A stretch of 64,000 nucleotides of DNA. Origin: an uncultured Verrucomicrobiae bacterium (GTDB taxonomy: Bacteria > Verrucomicrobiota > Verrucomicrobiia > Chthoniobacterales > JAFAMB01). Position numbers and translations under genes: made by a program. Below are positions 19,670 through 29,955 of the stretch, piece by piece. The stretch covers positions 32,001-96,000 of the forward strand of contig CAWIPH010000001.1 of NCBI GenBank assembly GCA_963837955.1. The letters run 5' to 3'. Within the stretch, counting starts at the first letter, position 1; each line of letters begins with the position of its first letter. Below the pieces are notes generated by a model. It was not told the origin of the DNA, made no database searches, and worked only from the letters and a program-made list of their open reading frames with translations.

Positions 19670-20548
19670 CTATATTCGACGATTGCCGAATCGACTCCCG
19701 GTACTTTGCCTTAACAACCCAAACAGCAGGCCGGCCAATAAGAAGCCTCCCAAGAAGAGCATTCGATGCATAACAAAGCGAGCGTTCGGTGAATTCCACG
19801 ACGTAACTGGGTCGGGCAAGGTGCGGAGCAACGAGGCTCGCAACAGGCGCTCGGTCCTCCGATCCAACCGAACTTCCGGTCGAAGAAGTGGTAAAGCTGG
19901 GTCGCCCATGCGCACACCAAAACCGAGCCACCTGGCAGTGGGACTGTCCGCAAACAAGCGACGTCTGCCAAAGGCCCGCTCCACAAAGGTCGTACAATCT
20001 TCACTAAAGTAGGGCCGGCTTCGAATGCTGTTCAAAAATTCAGTTGCTTCTTTGACTATTCGGTCATCGATTTTTCGGAACGCCGTCGCCGACACCGTCA
20101 CATCCCATCCACCACGATCGCGGGCCCGGAAAATTTCCAATGGGGTCCAGTTGACGCCGCTAACAAACGCATTCCAAGGTGTTTCAATGAGCTGTTCGAC
20201 CACAAATTCTCGTCCGTCTTCGATAGTCACGTGCAGGCCTACGTGCATAGCCAACGACGGACCGAAGGCTGATTGTCTCAATCCAGCCAGGCGACGGTCG
20301 AACGTCTGGACCGGCCGAATCAACCATGCCCCGATCAGGCTGTGACTGTCGCTTTGAAAAATAATGCCGCGGAGCGCGACCACTCGACCAGGCGGAAGTC
20401 TCCGATCTACCCGCGCCGCAATGCCGGCGCTTGGCTCTTCCGGGTGGAGGCTCACCGAATCCACTGCCACAACATTTACTTTCGTTGTCTCTTTCCCGGA
20501 TCGACGCCCACCTCTTTCGCTCACAAACAAAGTGTCCGAGATTAACAA
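19670..20548 (-). CDS. Hypothetical protein, possible permuted papain-like (NlpC/P60) fold with C-terminal TM helix
   Basis: MHVGLHV precedes EDCTTFVERAFG; hydrophobic C-terminus; start uncertain. Confidence 0.55.
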   Translation of the reverse strand: MLISDTLFVSERGGRRSGKETTKVNVVAVDSVSLHPEEPSAGIAARVDRRLPPGRVVALRGIIFQSDSHSLIGAWLIRPVQTFDRRLAGLRQSAFGPSLAMHVGLHVTIEDGREFVVEQLIETPWNAFVSGVNWTPLEIFRARDRGGWDVTVSATAFRKIDDRIVKEATEFLNSIRSRPYFSEDCTTFVERAFGRRRLFADSPTARWLGFGVRMGDPALPLLRPEVRLDRRTERLLRASLLRTLPDPVTSWNSPNARFVMHRMLFLGGFLLAGLLFGLLRQSTGSRFGNRRI

Positions 20549-20602
20549 AACTGCTGTGCTCTGTCGAACAATCTCGCTAGACGAGAAATTCCTAGAAAAT
20601 AA

Positions 20603-22228
20603 TCATTTGATCGAGCTGACATCTTCCCGCAGCGGAAGCGGTTTCCGACGCGAAAGCATCTCAACCAAAAGCGAGCACAACAACATGAGGCTAATTTGGA
20701 CAAGCGAATAGACCGGAAGGAAATAGCGCTCCCCAAAGGATGTGCTGAAACAGTTGCCCAGTGCCATCAAGAAACCGATGGCGACCATGCTCCAGGCGTA
20801 GCAAACGCCGGTCAAGTTAGCGATATTCCGCGCAGATCCGACAAGAACAAGCGCACCGGCAACTAGCGCAAGCAAAACGAAGCCGCCCAAGGGAAAGCCT
20901 TTGAACCATTGGAAGTAGGCATTGCCAGCGAAGAGTTTTTTGTAATGCCCTTGGGGAAATTGGAACGATCGAAGCGGTCGCAGACGCGCGTAACGCGGAT
21001 AGCCGAGCTCACGTTGGAGGGAGTCAGTCAATGCAAGCGGCTGTACAGCCATGTCGGTTTGGCTCAGAAACGGGATTCGCCACATCTCGGTTTTAATAGT
21101 ACTCAACAATGCGAGATCCGGCGGCGTAAGAAATGCCTGAGCTACCCGGTTCAATCTTGAATCAATCTCAAACAAGTGTCGCTGCAAGCCTGTCTCGCCG
21201 GACCGGGAAAGGATGTCATCGATTCGCTCGTACAGGAATCCATCATGCCGGTCGTTGTCCTTCCGATCCATCGATTGTTCGAGGTCGTGGATAGCTTCCG
21301 TGACCACGGGATCATTTACTTTGTTACTTACCTTCTCCAAAATGGCGTTGCGCTCATCGGCCGGCAACGCATTCAAATAATTGAGACGCCATTCGAAGGT
21401 GACACCAAAAGTGGACCGATAAGGTACGCCGAATATCCAACACATCGTTTGCTGTACACCGATCGATGCAACGGCAACACCAACGCCGAGACAACCATAG
21501 ATAGCCAGTTTTCTCCAAGCGCGGAAGCGGCTGACCGACTTGGGATCAGATTGAGTCGTCTCTGGAAAAAAGGTTCTGACGATGGCCGGCCCTAAAAACG
21601 CCAATGGCACGAGGCAAACCAACATTAGATTAATATGGCGCGTCAGAGCAGCGGCGAGTAACAACAAGAAAAACACGATCAACTGCCGCACCGGCAATTC
21701 GGCTGTTCGCAAACAGATCCAGCCGTACGCGGCGATGAGACAGACGAGCGGATTGCTGAACGCTTCTGTCCCGATGCATTGGGCAAAGAGATAAAGCCAC
21801 GGGGTTACAGCCAAGAAGACCGAGAAAAGAAGACGCAGAGAGAATCTATTCGTCAGCGTTTTGACAACGAAGAACAGGGAATAGACCAGGAAAAGATGCT
21901 GGGCGATCAGGAGCGTATAAATGGCAAAGTCGCTCAGCTCCGGAGTGCCAATAGATAAGTAGGGTAGCCCATGACCGGTAAGCAGGTTACCCACGATGCC
22001 ACCGCCGATCATCACTAAGCGACCGAAAAAGCAGTAGCCCGGCAGCCAATGGATGATCCCCTTCGGAGCGAAAGTGGATGCGATTTCGTTGAATCCGTCC
22101 GTATCCCGCCAAAGGGGTGGGAGCGTTAAAAGAAGATAGAGCGATGGAAGAACCAGGACGGCAACCCAGATCAAATCTCGCGGCGCGAATTTTCCTCCGA
22201 ACTCTAACCTCGATGCGCTCTCACTCAC
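20603..22228 (-). CDS. Polytopic membrane protein, GT-C-like
   Basis: About 10-12 TM segments; acidic RDTD after TM1; GTEAF loop. Confidence 0.6.
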   Translation of the reverse strand: MSESASRLEFGGKFAPRDLIWVAVLVLPSLYLLLTLPPLWRDTDGFNEIASTFAPKGIIHWLPGYCFFGRLVMIGGGIVGNLLTGHGLPYLSIGTPELSDFAIYTLLIAQHLFLVYSLFFVVKTLTNRFSLRLLFSVFLAVTPWLYLFAQCIGTEAFSNPLVCLIAAYGWICLRTAELPVRQLIVFFLLLLAAALTRHINLMLVCLVPLAFLGPAIVRTFFPETTQSDPKSVSRFRAWRKLAIYGCLGVGVAVASIGVQQTMCWIFGVPYRSTFGVTFEWRLNYLNALPADERNAILEKVSNKVNDPVVTEAIHDLEQSMDRKDNDRHDGFLYERIDDILSRSGETGLQRHLFEIDSRLNRVAQAFLTPPDLALLSTIKTEMWRIPFLSQTDMAVQPLALTDSLQRELGYPRYARLRPLRSFQFPQGHYKKLFAGNAYFQWFKGFPLGGFVLLALVAGALVLVGSARNIANLTGVCYAWSMVAIGFLMALGNCFSTSFGERYFLPVYSLVQISLMLLCSLLVEMLSRRKPLPLREDVSSIK

Positions 22229-22256
22229 TGCTCAAATCGACAAACAAGAACGGTAA

Positions 22257-23915
22257 TCACTGCGGGACTGAGCCCAGCTCGGGGTTTGCTTTTGCAGGGA
22301 CGGAAATTCTCCCCTGTTCTCCAAGTTTGCGCCACCCGAACGCCAGCATGATTAAGTAAGTCATTATCATAGCCAACCCGAGCAGGAACCCGGGAGCGTA
22401 GCTGATTCGATAACGGACAACATCAAGCGAATGGACAACCGCAATAGTGAGGACGTTTCCATAAGTGGCAGCAAGTACCGCGACGACGACAAATCCGGCC
22501 AGGCGCCAGTTACGCCCCCGCCAATTTAAGCAGAGCACCGCCATCGCAACGAAGAAAGCAAGTTGCAGCCAAAAGCTGATCCAAGCGAGATAAAGCGCTA
22601 ACTTAGCCAGAATTTGGAAGCCCAGCGGGTGTGACGGATTGGTCACAATTTTCTCCAGAGATTCTTGGTATGCTTGATAAATCTTTTGCACGTCTGGTGA
22701 AAGAGAGCTGGCGGGCAGGAACGGACGTGAAACCGCGGTTTCGTGATTTAAATCGACCGATTTCCCCGTTGAATAAAAGTCGCCGGCGCGAGGAAACAGA
22801 AAAATCCGGATCTGTCTCCCGATCTTTTGGAGCATTGACCGGGGAGCGTGAAACCAAGCGCGGAAATAGGCAGAGTAACAGGTAGAAGCCAATTCACGAA
22901 CCTTCGCACTTTCCTCCGGGCCATCGGCAGCAAAACGCCGAGAAAAGCCCGAACTGTACTGAATGTAGTCAGAGTCGAATCCAAGAGAATGGTAGCGGCC
23001 GAGTTTCTCCTTAGCGATTCGAAAAGCCTCGGCCAGTTCTTCGTAGAGTGCCCGTTGCACTGGGTTCCCGTTCAGTGAAGCGTCGCTCGGACTCGCCTCC
23101 AGTACCTGAGCAGCGTGAATGCAGACGAGCGTCTGAGGCAGAAAGAGATGCGACGCCGCATCCTTTTGGAAGCCTAACAATTTCGGAAGAAAGAATACAA
23201 AAACGATCACAATCGTGCCAGCCAGAAGCGGTCCGAATCGCGTAAAACGTGTCGCCCCGCCGAAACTACCGGCAGCGACGAACAGAAAAGTAACGCCGAG
23301 CGAAAAACCCCAGCTCGGTTTCAATAGCAGAACCGCGTAGGATAGCCCCAACGCGGCAGCTCCAAAGACGATCGCCCACCCTGTTCGACGCAATCTCCAA
23401 CGGGCATCGAAAAAGGAGACGAGACAATAAAGATACACCATTTCGAAAACCGCCAGCACTCCCTCCGGGCGAATCGTATCCTCTAGTAACGCCTGGTGTG
23501 GACTCAGCGCGTAAAATGCGAGGAACAAAAGCGCGACAATGCAGCTCACCCGGCGCCAAAGTGGACTTTGGGGCGGCAACAACCGCAACCATGACCACCA
23601 AACGAGCAAAAACATGGGAATACCGATCATTCCCAGAAATCGCTGGGCGTAAGTAATCGCGCAAAAATCGCCGCTGATCTTCAGGATGCCTGCGAGCAGC
23701 GCAGGATAGAGCCAATCTCTCCCATAGGTTTGCTGAAATCCGAGCCCGCTCAACCAAGAAAGCGCGGGGCGCAAGTATCCCCAAGTATCACCATCCGCCA
23801 GCGGAGCGATCGGCATCCGGATCCGGACGACAAGGCCTCCGATCATGACGGCTACGACGGCACAGAAAATCAGAAGGTCGAACCAAAGCAAAAATTGAGG
23901 TTTACCGCGCTCCAT
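22257..23915 (-). CDS. Polytopic membrane protein, GT-C-like
   Basis: DGDTWGY after TM1; RDWLYP, IRPEG, LKPSW; multiple TM segments. Confidence 0.6.
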   Translation of the reverse strand: MERGKPQFLLWFDLLIFCAVVAVMIGGLVVRIRMPIAPLADGDTWGYLRPALSWLSGLGFQQTYGRDWLYPALLAGILKISGDFCAITYAQRFLGMIGIPMFLLVWWSWLRLLPPQSPLWRRVSCIVALLFLAFYALSPHQALLEDTIRPEGVLAVFEMVYLYCLVSFFDARWRLRRTGWAIVFGAAALGLSYAVLLLKPSWGFSLGVTFLFVAAGSFGGATRFTRFGPLLAGTIVIVFVFFLPKLLGFQKDAASHLFLPQTLVCIHAAQVLEASPSDASLNGNPVQRALYEELAEAFRIAKEKLGRYHSLGFDSDYIQYSSGFSRRFAADGPEESAKVRELASTCYSAYFRAWFHAPRSMLQKIGRQIRIFLFPRAGDFYSTGKSVDLNHETAVSRPFLPASSLSPDVQKIYQAYQESLEKIVTNPSHPLGFQILAKLALYLAWISFWLQLAFFVAMAVLCLNWRGRNWRLAGFVVVAVLAATYGNVLTIAVVHSLDVVRYRISYAPGFLLGLAMIMTYLIMLAFGWRKLGEQGRISVPAKANPELGSVPQ

Positions 23916-24023
23916 CGTCTAAACAGAAACAGTGTCGTACACTCTGTCGCGCATCTCGTCCAGAGCGGTTTAGGGCGTCCCCGGCCGTGGGAAAACGATA
24001 GCGATCGTCGCCTTCCACGATCC

Positions 24024-25622
24024 TTACTGAAGGCTAGGAAACAGTCTCACTAAAACGTCGTTATCGACGACGTACACCTGATAGTGAAGGTTAACTCTTG
24101 CCGGTTTCTGGTCGGCCGAAACTGCGAGTACATAGGCTCTCTTACTTTCTGATGTTTCTCGCTCCAGCTTCGCTCCGTAATACCTCAAGACGGTGTTTCC
24201 GAAACCACTTTCATCACCATGCAAATCTGTCTGAACCCAAAAATGGAATAAATGATACTTTGTTTTGATAACTCGCTCCACGGACGGTGCATATCCCACC
24301 GTTCCGACTAAGATCAGATGATCGACGGATTGCGTAGCGACTATTTCCTTCAGATCCTCGCTCAGCCTACGCGCGATATCTCCTTCATATTCCTTTTGCG
24401 CTTTGTTTGCATTGCCGTAGACCGCCGCGAAATAAATCATCACGTAAGCTGGAATTGATAACAATATGCCTTGCCAGGTTACTGGAACCCTAAGCTCACC
24501 CAACGTGGAAATGATGATAATAAGAGAACAAGACAAGAGAGGACCGAAACCGACGAACGTTCGCATGCTCTGGGTGGGCGACGACGCCAAGAGAATCATA
24601 GGCCCAAATGTCGCCAGCACCAAAGCGATGGGCGTCATGAAAGGAATGACCCTCCAAGGTAACCTGAAGCGACTACCGTTAGCGAATCTTCGAAAGTAGC
24701 GAAGCCCTATTACTACGGAAATAGCTAAAGCAACAGCTACCGGTAAGAGCAGCGGCAATTTTAGTTTCCAAAGCGACGAAACGACTACGAACCAGGAATC
24801 AATAAAATTTCGCCAGATAACCGAGAACGATCGAGCATCTGTTATGAATCGCGAATTCTCTGCACCGTACCCGTCGCGAACAGTGAGAAAAACAACAACT
24901 TTGTAAAAGCAACCCGCTATGAACAGCTGACATGCTCGCGACCATATAAGTGCGCGCAACTCCCGCGGGGGAGCATCTTTCATCTGCAAAAAAATGCATT
25001 CAAACGTCGCAAAAATCAGGAAAGCATTCAGACTCGGCTGATATAGACAAAGAGCACCGAGCAGGAAGGCGGAACCGACCAGGAGCGGGAGTATCCTTCG
25101 TTTATTCGCCTCTTCGCGCTGCAAGGTAGCCAGCAAAGCGAAGAGCATCGAGAGAGCCATGGGTAGCGAGTCAAATTTGAAAGAGAGATTTGCCAAGAAA
25201 AATGGACTGGCACCTAGGGGAAGGGTGGCGCAAGCAGCGATGAAAGGACGATGGAGCCCAAACCTGCGAGACACGAGTACTGATAGATACGATAAGCAAA
25301 TGATCGACGCGATTTGGCAAAGAGGTGAGAAATCAACAATCGGCTTTCCCAACGCCAAGGTATCCATCACGACCTCTGCCAAGGGACGCCCGTCCCTGTC
25401 CCAGTTCGAATAGCCCAATACGGTCCTTCCCCAATCGTCCACGCTGTACCTGTCCGCGATAAGAATCGGTAAAATAACCAGTGCGTAGAGGACCAGCGCG
25501 AAAAGGAATGTACGCTTTTCGGTTCTCTCAATTTTTAGGAAATCAAAGGCCGCTAGAGCCTGCGTTCGAGCGAGGTTTAAGGCCGATTTGATGCCACGTG
25601 GTGTGGTACTTCGGTCGAACAT
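24024..25622 (-). CDS. GtrII-like (Glucos_trans_II) O-antigen glucosyltransferase
   Basis: ADRYSVDDWGR..GYSNWDRDGRPLA, DFSPL, PFFLANLSFKFDSLPMALS, LYQPSLN; start placed at MFDRS. Confidence 0.8.
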   Translation of the reverse strand: MFDRSTTPRGIKSALNLARTQALAAFDFLKIERTEKRTFLFALVLYALVILPILIADRYSVDDWGRTVLGYSNWDRDGRPLAEVVMDTLALGKPIVDFSPLCQIASIICLSYLSVLVSRRFGLHRPFIAACATLPLGASPFFLANLSFKFDSLPMALSMLFALLATLQREEANKRRILPLLVGSAFLLGALCLYQPSLNAFLIFATFECIFLQMKDAPPRELRALIWSRACQLFIAGCFYKVVVFLTVRDGYGAENSRFITDARSFSVIWRNFIDSWFVVVSSLWKLKLPLLLPVAVALAISVVIGLRYFRRFANGSRFRLPWRVIPFMTPIALVLATFGPMILLASSPTQSMRTFVGFGPLLSCSLIIIISTLGELRVPVTWQGILLSIPAYVMIYFAAVYGNANKAQKEYEGDIARRLSEDLKEIVATQSVDHLILVGTVGYAPSVERVIKTKYHLFHFWVQTDLHGDESGFGNTVLRYYGAKLERETSESKRAYVLAVSADQKPARVNLHYQVYVVDNDVLVRLFPSLQ

Positions 25623-25904
25623 GGAAATAATAAGAATCTTTTGCCGCTGGCGTTTTTGTGCTTGAATTCCATCTACTAAGCAGCGAGCAACTTCTTTGGA
25701 AAAACGCAGCGAAACTCCCGGAAGACCTTGTAGGCGCTTCAATTCAAACGAGCAAGTATTTCGCGGCAATATTTTTTGGGAGTGCCGTCGTAATCGCCGC
25801 CGAAGCGAAGTGAAAATGGTTCTTGTTGCGTCGAGAAGCAACAAGTTAGGGATTAACAAACCATTGATGGACAACCCTGTTCCCGCTAAGCAATCACGCG
25901 AGTT

Positions 25905-27107
25905 ATGATCGTCGGCGTCGTTGGATCATTCTTATTGCTAATTGTCACCGTGATCGGCCAATGGAGCCGTTCGGCGAGGCGAACAGCGGTGCGATCCGAG
26001 CTCGCGCCAGGAGATTCAAGTGAGCTCAAGTCAGGAGCTCTGGTTGAACGGCCGTCCGGTCGCGCGCGAATGTTTCTTGTCGCTATCGGTGTCTTGTTCC
26101 TTTGGATCGTTGGAACGCACTTCTGGTTACCCCTCCCGCTCGCCTACCGGAGCACGGGCAGCGCGCAGGTCGCCGCTTTTTGCGTCAAACACCTTCGCGA
26201 AAGCCAGCCGATCCCTGGCGAATACATCCTGATCATCGAAGGAAGCAGCGCGACGACCCGCGGCATCGACGGCCTGAGGCTTGAAGAAAGGTTACGCGCC
26301 GCGGGGGTTCGAGCGACGGTACTTCAGCTTTGCCTGGCCGGGGCTAATCACCTGCAGCGAATGCAATTGTTGCAAAACTTTAGTAATGCCTTGTCGACCC
26401 AGGATTGGGAACGGCTCGGTAAATCTCGACTAATCTTTTGCCACGAGGTGCAGGCGCTTTATGATCGTGATCCGCTTCTGAATTACTATAGCAATGCTTT
26501 CACTGCTGAAACGTTGGCGTATTCCAATCCAGATAATCTGCCGACGCTATTAAAATGGCTAATGAGTCGGTACGATCTTCGCGAGCTGTGGAACCGGCGG
26601 TACGAACTCCAGCTGATCGCGGTTCAATTCCTCTATAACGCCCTACGAATTAGCTATCTTCAAAACTTGACTGGTTCTAACGACTTAATTGCTACAGCCG
26701 GATTCCAACCGGCTCCAAGGCGGGCTGATTTTAAACCGAACGGATCGCTTCCGATTGATTTTCCGCGAGAACCAAACATAACAGGTCGCCAAGCTTATAG
26801 TCGCATAACCCGATGGAATACCGTACGTGACGCGGATCTGCGTCAACTATTTCGGGGACTTGTGCGATCGGAGGTTTTCTTCTCGCTGCCAGGCTGGCTA
26901 TCTTACGAATTCAATTACGACCATTGGTGGTCTAGCGCGCATCCCAATCAACTGTTCTTCAACGGAAACAGACCACAAATTCGCGCCCGATTGCGAGAAC
27001 CGGAACTATGGAATGATCCCGGGCATTTAGCCGACTCCGGCGCCGAAATCTACACCGAAGAGTTCGCCCAATTTCTGAAGGAGCATTGGCTGGCTCAGCC
27101 TGGTTAG
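25905..27107 (+). CDS. Membrane-anchored SGNH/DltD-like acyltransferase partner
   Basis: IEGSSATTRGID (Ser motif) and WNDPGHL (DxxH); directly upstream of the MBOAT gene. Confidence 0.6.
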   Translation: MIVGVVGSFLLLIVTVIGQWSRSARRTAVRSELAPGDSSELKSGALVERPSGRARMFLVAIGVLFLWIVGTHFWLPLPLAYRSTGSAQVAAFCVKHLRESQPIPGEYILIIEGSSATTRGIDGLRLEERLRAAGVRATVLQLCLAGANHLQRMQLLQNFSNALSTQDWERLGKSRLIFCHEVQALYDRDPLLNYYSNAFTAETLAYSNPDNLPTLLKWLMSRYDLRELWNRRYELQLIAVQFLYNALRISYLQNLTGSNDLIATAGFQPAPRRADFKPNGSLPIDFPREPNITGRQAYSRITRWNTVRDADLRQLFRGLVRSEVFFSLPGWLSYEFNYDHWWSSAHPNQLFFNGNRPQIRARLREPELWNDPGHLADSGAEIYTEEFAQFLKEHWLAQPG

Positions 27108-27157
27108 GAGCACCGTGGCAGCGAACGAGCCACCGGGTCAGTCCGAATATCATTCAC

Positions 27158-28579
27158 ATGCTGTTTAACTCAGCTTCCTTCCTTCTTTTCCTCCCGATCG
27201 TTCTTGCCGCGTCTTGGCTTTGGCCCGGCAATTTTGGCAGAAAACTTCTCCTGTTGGCCGCGAGTTGCTTCTTCTATGCTGCCTGGGACTGGAGATTTCT
27301 CGGGTTGTTGAGCTTCGTGATCGTAACAACCTTCGCGGCTTCTCGGCTGATCGTACGTTGGAAGGAACAAGCACTACGGTCTTTGGTCATTCTCTGGATC
27401 TGTATCGGCCTGCAGCTGGTCGTCTTAGCCTTTTTCAAGTACTTCAATTTCTTTGAAGACAATCTGGTTGGGATGCTGTCGACCATCGGATTCACATCGG
27501 CGCTCCCCTATGTTCGGGTCTTATTGCCAGTCGGAATCAGCTTCTATACGTTCCACGCGATCACCTTGGCGGTGGATACCTATCGCGGGAAAGTCGACAC
27601 GCGCGTTTCGCTTTTAGATGTCGCCCTCTACATCGCGTTTTTCCCACAACTCGTCGCCGGACCGATCGTACGTGCGACGGTATTTCTTCCCCAACTCACA
27701 ACGAAGCGATTCCTGTCTGGAGAAGATTTGTTCGTTGCTACCCAGGCCATCGTGACCGGATTTCTCTACAAGGTCGTTTTTTCTGATTCGATTGCACCAT
27801 TCGTCGATAAGGTCTTTGAACGGCCGGCCGAGTATTCCGGCGCTCTCTTGCTGGCGGCTACCCTTGGATTTTATTGCCAAATCTATTTCGACTTCAATGG
27901 CTATTCCTTGATCGCGATCGGTGTCTCCCGGCTTTTCGGATACAAATTACCCGACAACTTCAATTTCCCTTACGCCGCCACCTCTTTGGGATCTTTTTGG
28001 CGTCGTTGGCATATTTCCTTATCGAGCTGGCTCCGCGATTATCTGTATATCCCGCTTGGTGGCAATCGCTTTGGTCTCCAGAATCAAATGCGAAACCTCA
28101 TTATCACTATGTTGCTCGGTGGGATCTGGCACGGAGCGAGCTGGAATTTTCTGATCTGGGGAGCTGCCCATGGAACTTTTCTGGCGATCGAGCGATTCTG
28201 GCAACTGCGTCGTGGATCAAATGGCCATGTCGAAGATCGGCCGATCTGGTCGCTGGCCTTAGGTTGGGTGGTAACCCAGGCCCTCGTCTTGCTCTGCTGG
28301 ATACCGTTTCGAGCTAAGACCCTGGTGGATTCATTGGCGGTAATCTCCGGCATTTTCACCTGGCGCACGACTGCGGCGGCGGTAACCCTTTCGATCCCTA
28401 TCTCGCTACTGATCTTGCCAATCGTTTGCGACACTGTCTTAGTCCGATTTTTACGGTCTCAACCACAAAAGCCTATACACAGGCCCGAACTCGGCTTCGG
28501 TCTTTTAATCCTCTGTGCGTTGGGCGTTGGCTTAATCGCTAAAACGGGACTCCGCAGCTTTATCTATTTTCAGTTCTAG
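27158..28579 (+). CDS. MBOAT family O-acyltransferase (AlgI/DltB-like)
   Basis: MLFNS..FLLF, LPVGISFYTF, FFPQLVAGPI, QIYFDFNGYS, FWRRWHISLSSWLRDYLYIPLGG, GIWHGA, FIYFQF. Confidence 0.95.
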   Translation: MLFNSASFLLFLPIVLAASWLWPGNFGRKLLLLAASCFFYAAWDWRFLGLLSFVIVTTFAASRLIVRWKEQALRSLVILWICIGLQLVVLAFFKYFNFFEDNLVGMLSTIGFTSALPYVRVLLPVGISFYTFHAITLAVDTYRGKVDTRVSLLDVALYIAFFPQLVAGPIVRATVFLPQLTTKRFLSGEDLFVATQAIVTGFLYKVVFSDSIAPFVDKVFERPAEYSGALLLAATLGFYCQIYFDFNGYSLIAIGVSRLFGYKLPDNFNFPYAATSLGSFWRRWHISLSSWLRDYLYIPLGGNRFGLQNQMRNLIITMLLGGIWHGASWNFLIWGAAHGTFLAIERFWQLRRGSNGHVEDRPIWSLALGWVVTQALVLLCWIPFRAKTLVDSLAVISGIFTWRTTAAAVTLSIPISLLILPIVCDTVLVRFLRSQPQKPIHRPELGFGLLILCALGVGLIAKTGLRSFIYFQF

Positions 28580-28648
28580 CCCAGATTTTGCAGAAGCGTG
28601 CAGATCCCCCAGGTCAGTATGTGACCGGGTGAATTCCGAGCCGCTCAT

Positions 28649-28936
28649 AAGGCGCTAACTTGGGAGCGACCACTCGGAAAAACACCCGCACTGCGGGTTG
28701 GATCTGCTGTAGGGGCAATAGGATCCAATGTGGCAGCCGAGCATCCAACATCTGTTCTGGCGCCGCTTCCAGGGCGCGACGTTTGAAACACGTTCCCGGG
28801 GTTAAAACCAGGTTAAAACCCCGGGCCGGGAGGGATCGCGTCCTCGCGATCCGCGGCGCACGAGGACGTGCGCCCTCCCCACAAGGCGCTAAATCAGAGC
28901 GCCCACTCGGAAAAACACCCGCCCCGTGCGGGTTGG
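28649..28936. repeat. Direct repeats of about 55 bp flanking a REP cluster
   Basis: AAGGCGCTAA..GAGCG.CCACTCGGAAAAACACCCGC..TGCGGGTTGG at 28649-28701 and 28883-28936; GGGAGGG-family REP at 28828-28879 lies between them. Confidence 0.75.
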
Positions 28937-29067
28937 TGGTGCTGAGAAGGCTCAAGGAGTGAACCGCATTTTGTGTTCGGGAAAGGTCATTGGCAGATCC
29001 CATAGTCGTGCGGTTGCCAGGCGGCGCCCCTCCCCTAGTTTGTTCGCGTTAGAATCGCGGTCGCAAT

Positions 29068-29955
29068 CTACCGCTTGTATTCGGCGGTCGCGGCGGTAAG
29101 TCCAGTTGCTAAGCATCGCGGACAGAGCTGATAATCGGGATTTTGTCGCTCTATTTCCTCCGCCAGGATGTACAGCGCGTGGCACGGATCGTGAAGACAA
29201 TTAAGGAATCGCGCCGACGGGTTACCTGTATGCGCGCACTTTCCGACCTGGACCAGCCCTTTCTCGACTTTCACAGTCATTCGCTGATCAAAGACGAAGC
29301 ATTCACCTAACCAGTGCTCATTCCCGTATTCCCGTTGGTAATTCATAATCCCACCGTGCAGTTGGAAGACTTGACTGAATCCTTTGGAGTGGAAGAGAGC
29401 GGAAGCTTTTTCGCACCGGATCCCGCCAGTGCAATACATTAGAAGCTTCTTCTCCTTTAGCGCTTCCAGCTCGTCTAAGCGTTGCGGCAGCTCACGGAAA
29501 TGTCGGATGCCGCAATCGATCGCGTTATCAAATTTACCTGCAGCAACCTCGTAATTATTTCGAACGTCAAGCAGAACGATATGAGGGTCTTGTTCGATCA
29601 TCTCTTTCCATTCTGCTGGACTCAGATGATTGTGCTGATCGGCACGAAGCGGTTGCTGAGCTTGCAGGGCTACCAATTCCGGGCGGACCCGCACGCTAAG
29701 TTTTGGAAACGTTTCAACGTTTCCCGTTGTCATTTTTATCTCGATATCAGCAAACCGTTTATCAGCGCGAAGCGCGTCGATATACTCCTCGATGGCAGAG
29801 ATCGGACCAGCCAGTGTTCCGTTGATACCCTCGGTCGCAACCAGGATGCGCCCTTTCAATCCAAGAGAGCCACAAAGCCCTCGCTGGGTATTTGCCAGTT
29901 CTGCCGGGTCGGCAATATCGATGTACTTGTAGTAGAGAATCACAGGGTAGCTCAT
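29068..29955 (-). CDS. trhO: Rhodanese-related tRNA uridine-34 hydroxylase (UPF0176)
   Basis: LYYKY, GRILVATEGINGT, LDVRNNYE, MYCTGGIRCEKAS, QLHGGI, CFVFDQR. Confidence 0.88.
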   Translation of the reverse strand: MSYPVILYYKYIDIADPAELANTQRGLCGSLGLKGRILVATEGINGTLAGPISAIEEYIDALRADKRFADIEIKMTTGNVETFPKLSVRVRPELVALQAQQPLRADQHNHLSPAEWKEMIEQDPHIVLLDVRNNYEVAAGKFDNAIDCGIRHFRELPQRLDELEALKEKKLLMYCTGGIRCEKASALFHSKGFSQVFQLHGGIMNYQREYGNEHWLGECFVFDQRMTVKVEKGLVQVGKCAHTGNPSARFLNCLHDPCHALYILAEEIERQNPDYQLCPRCLATGLTAATAEYKR

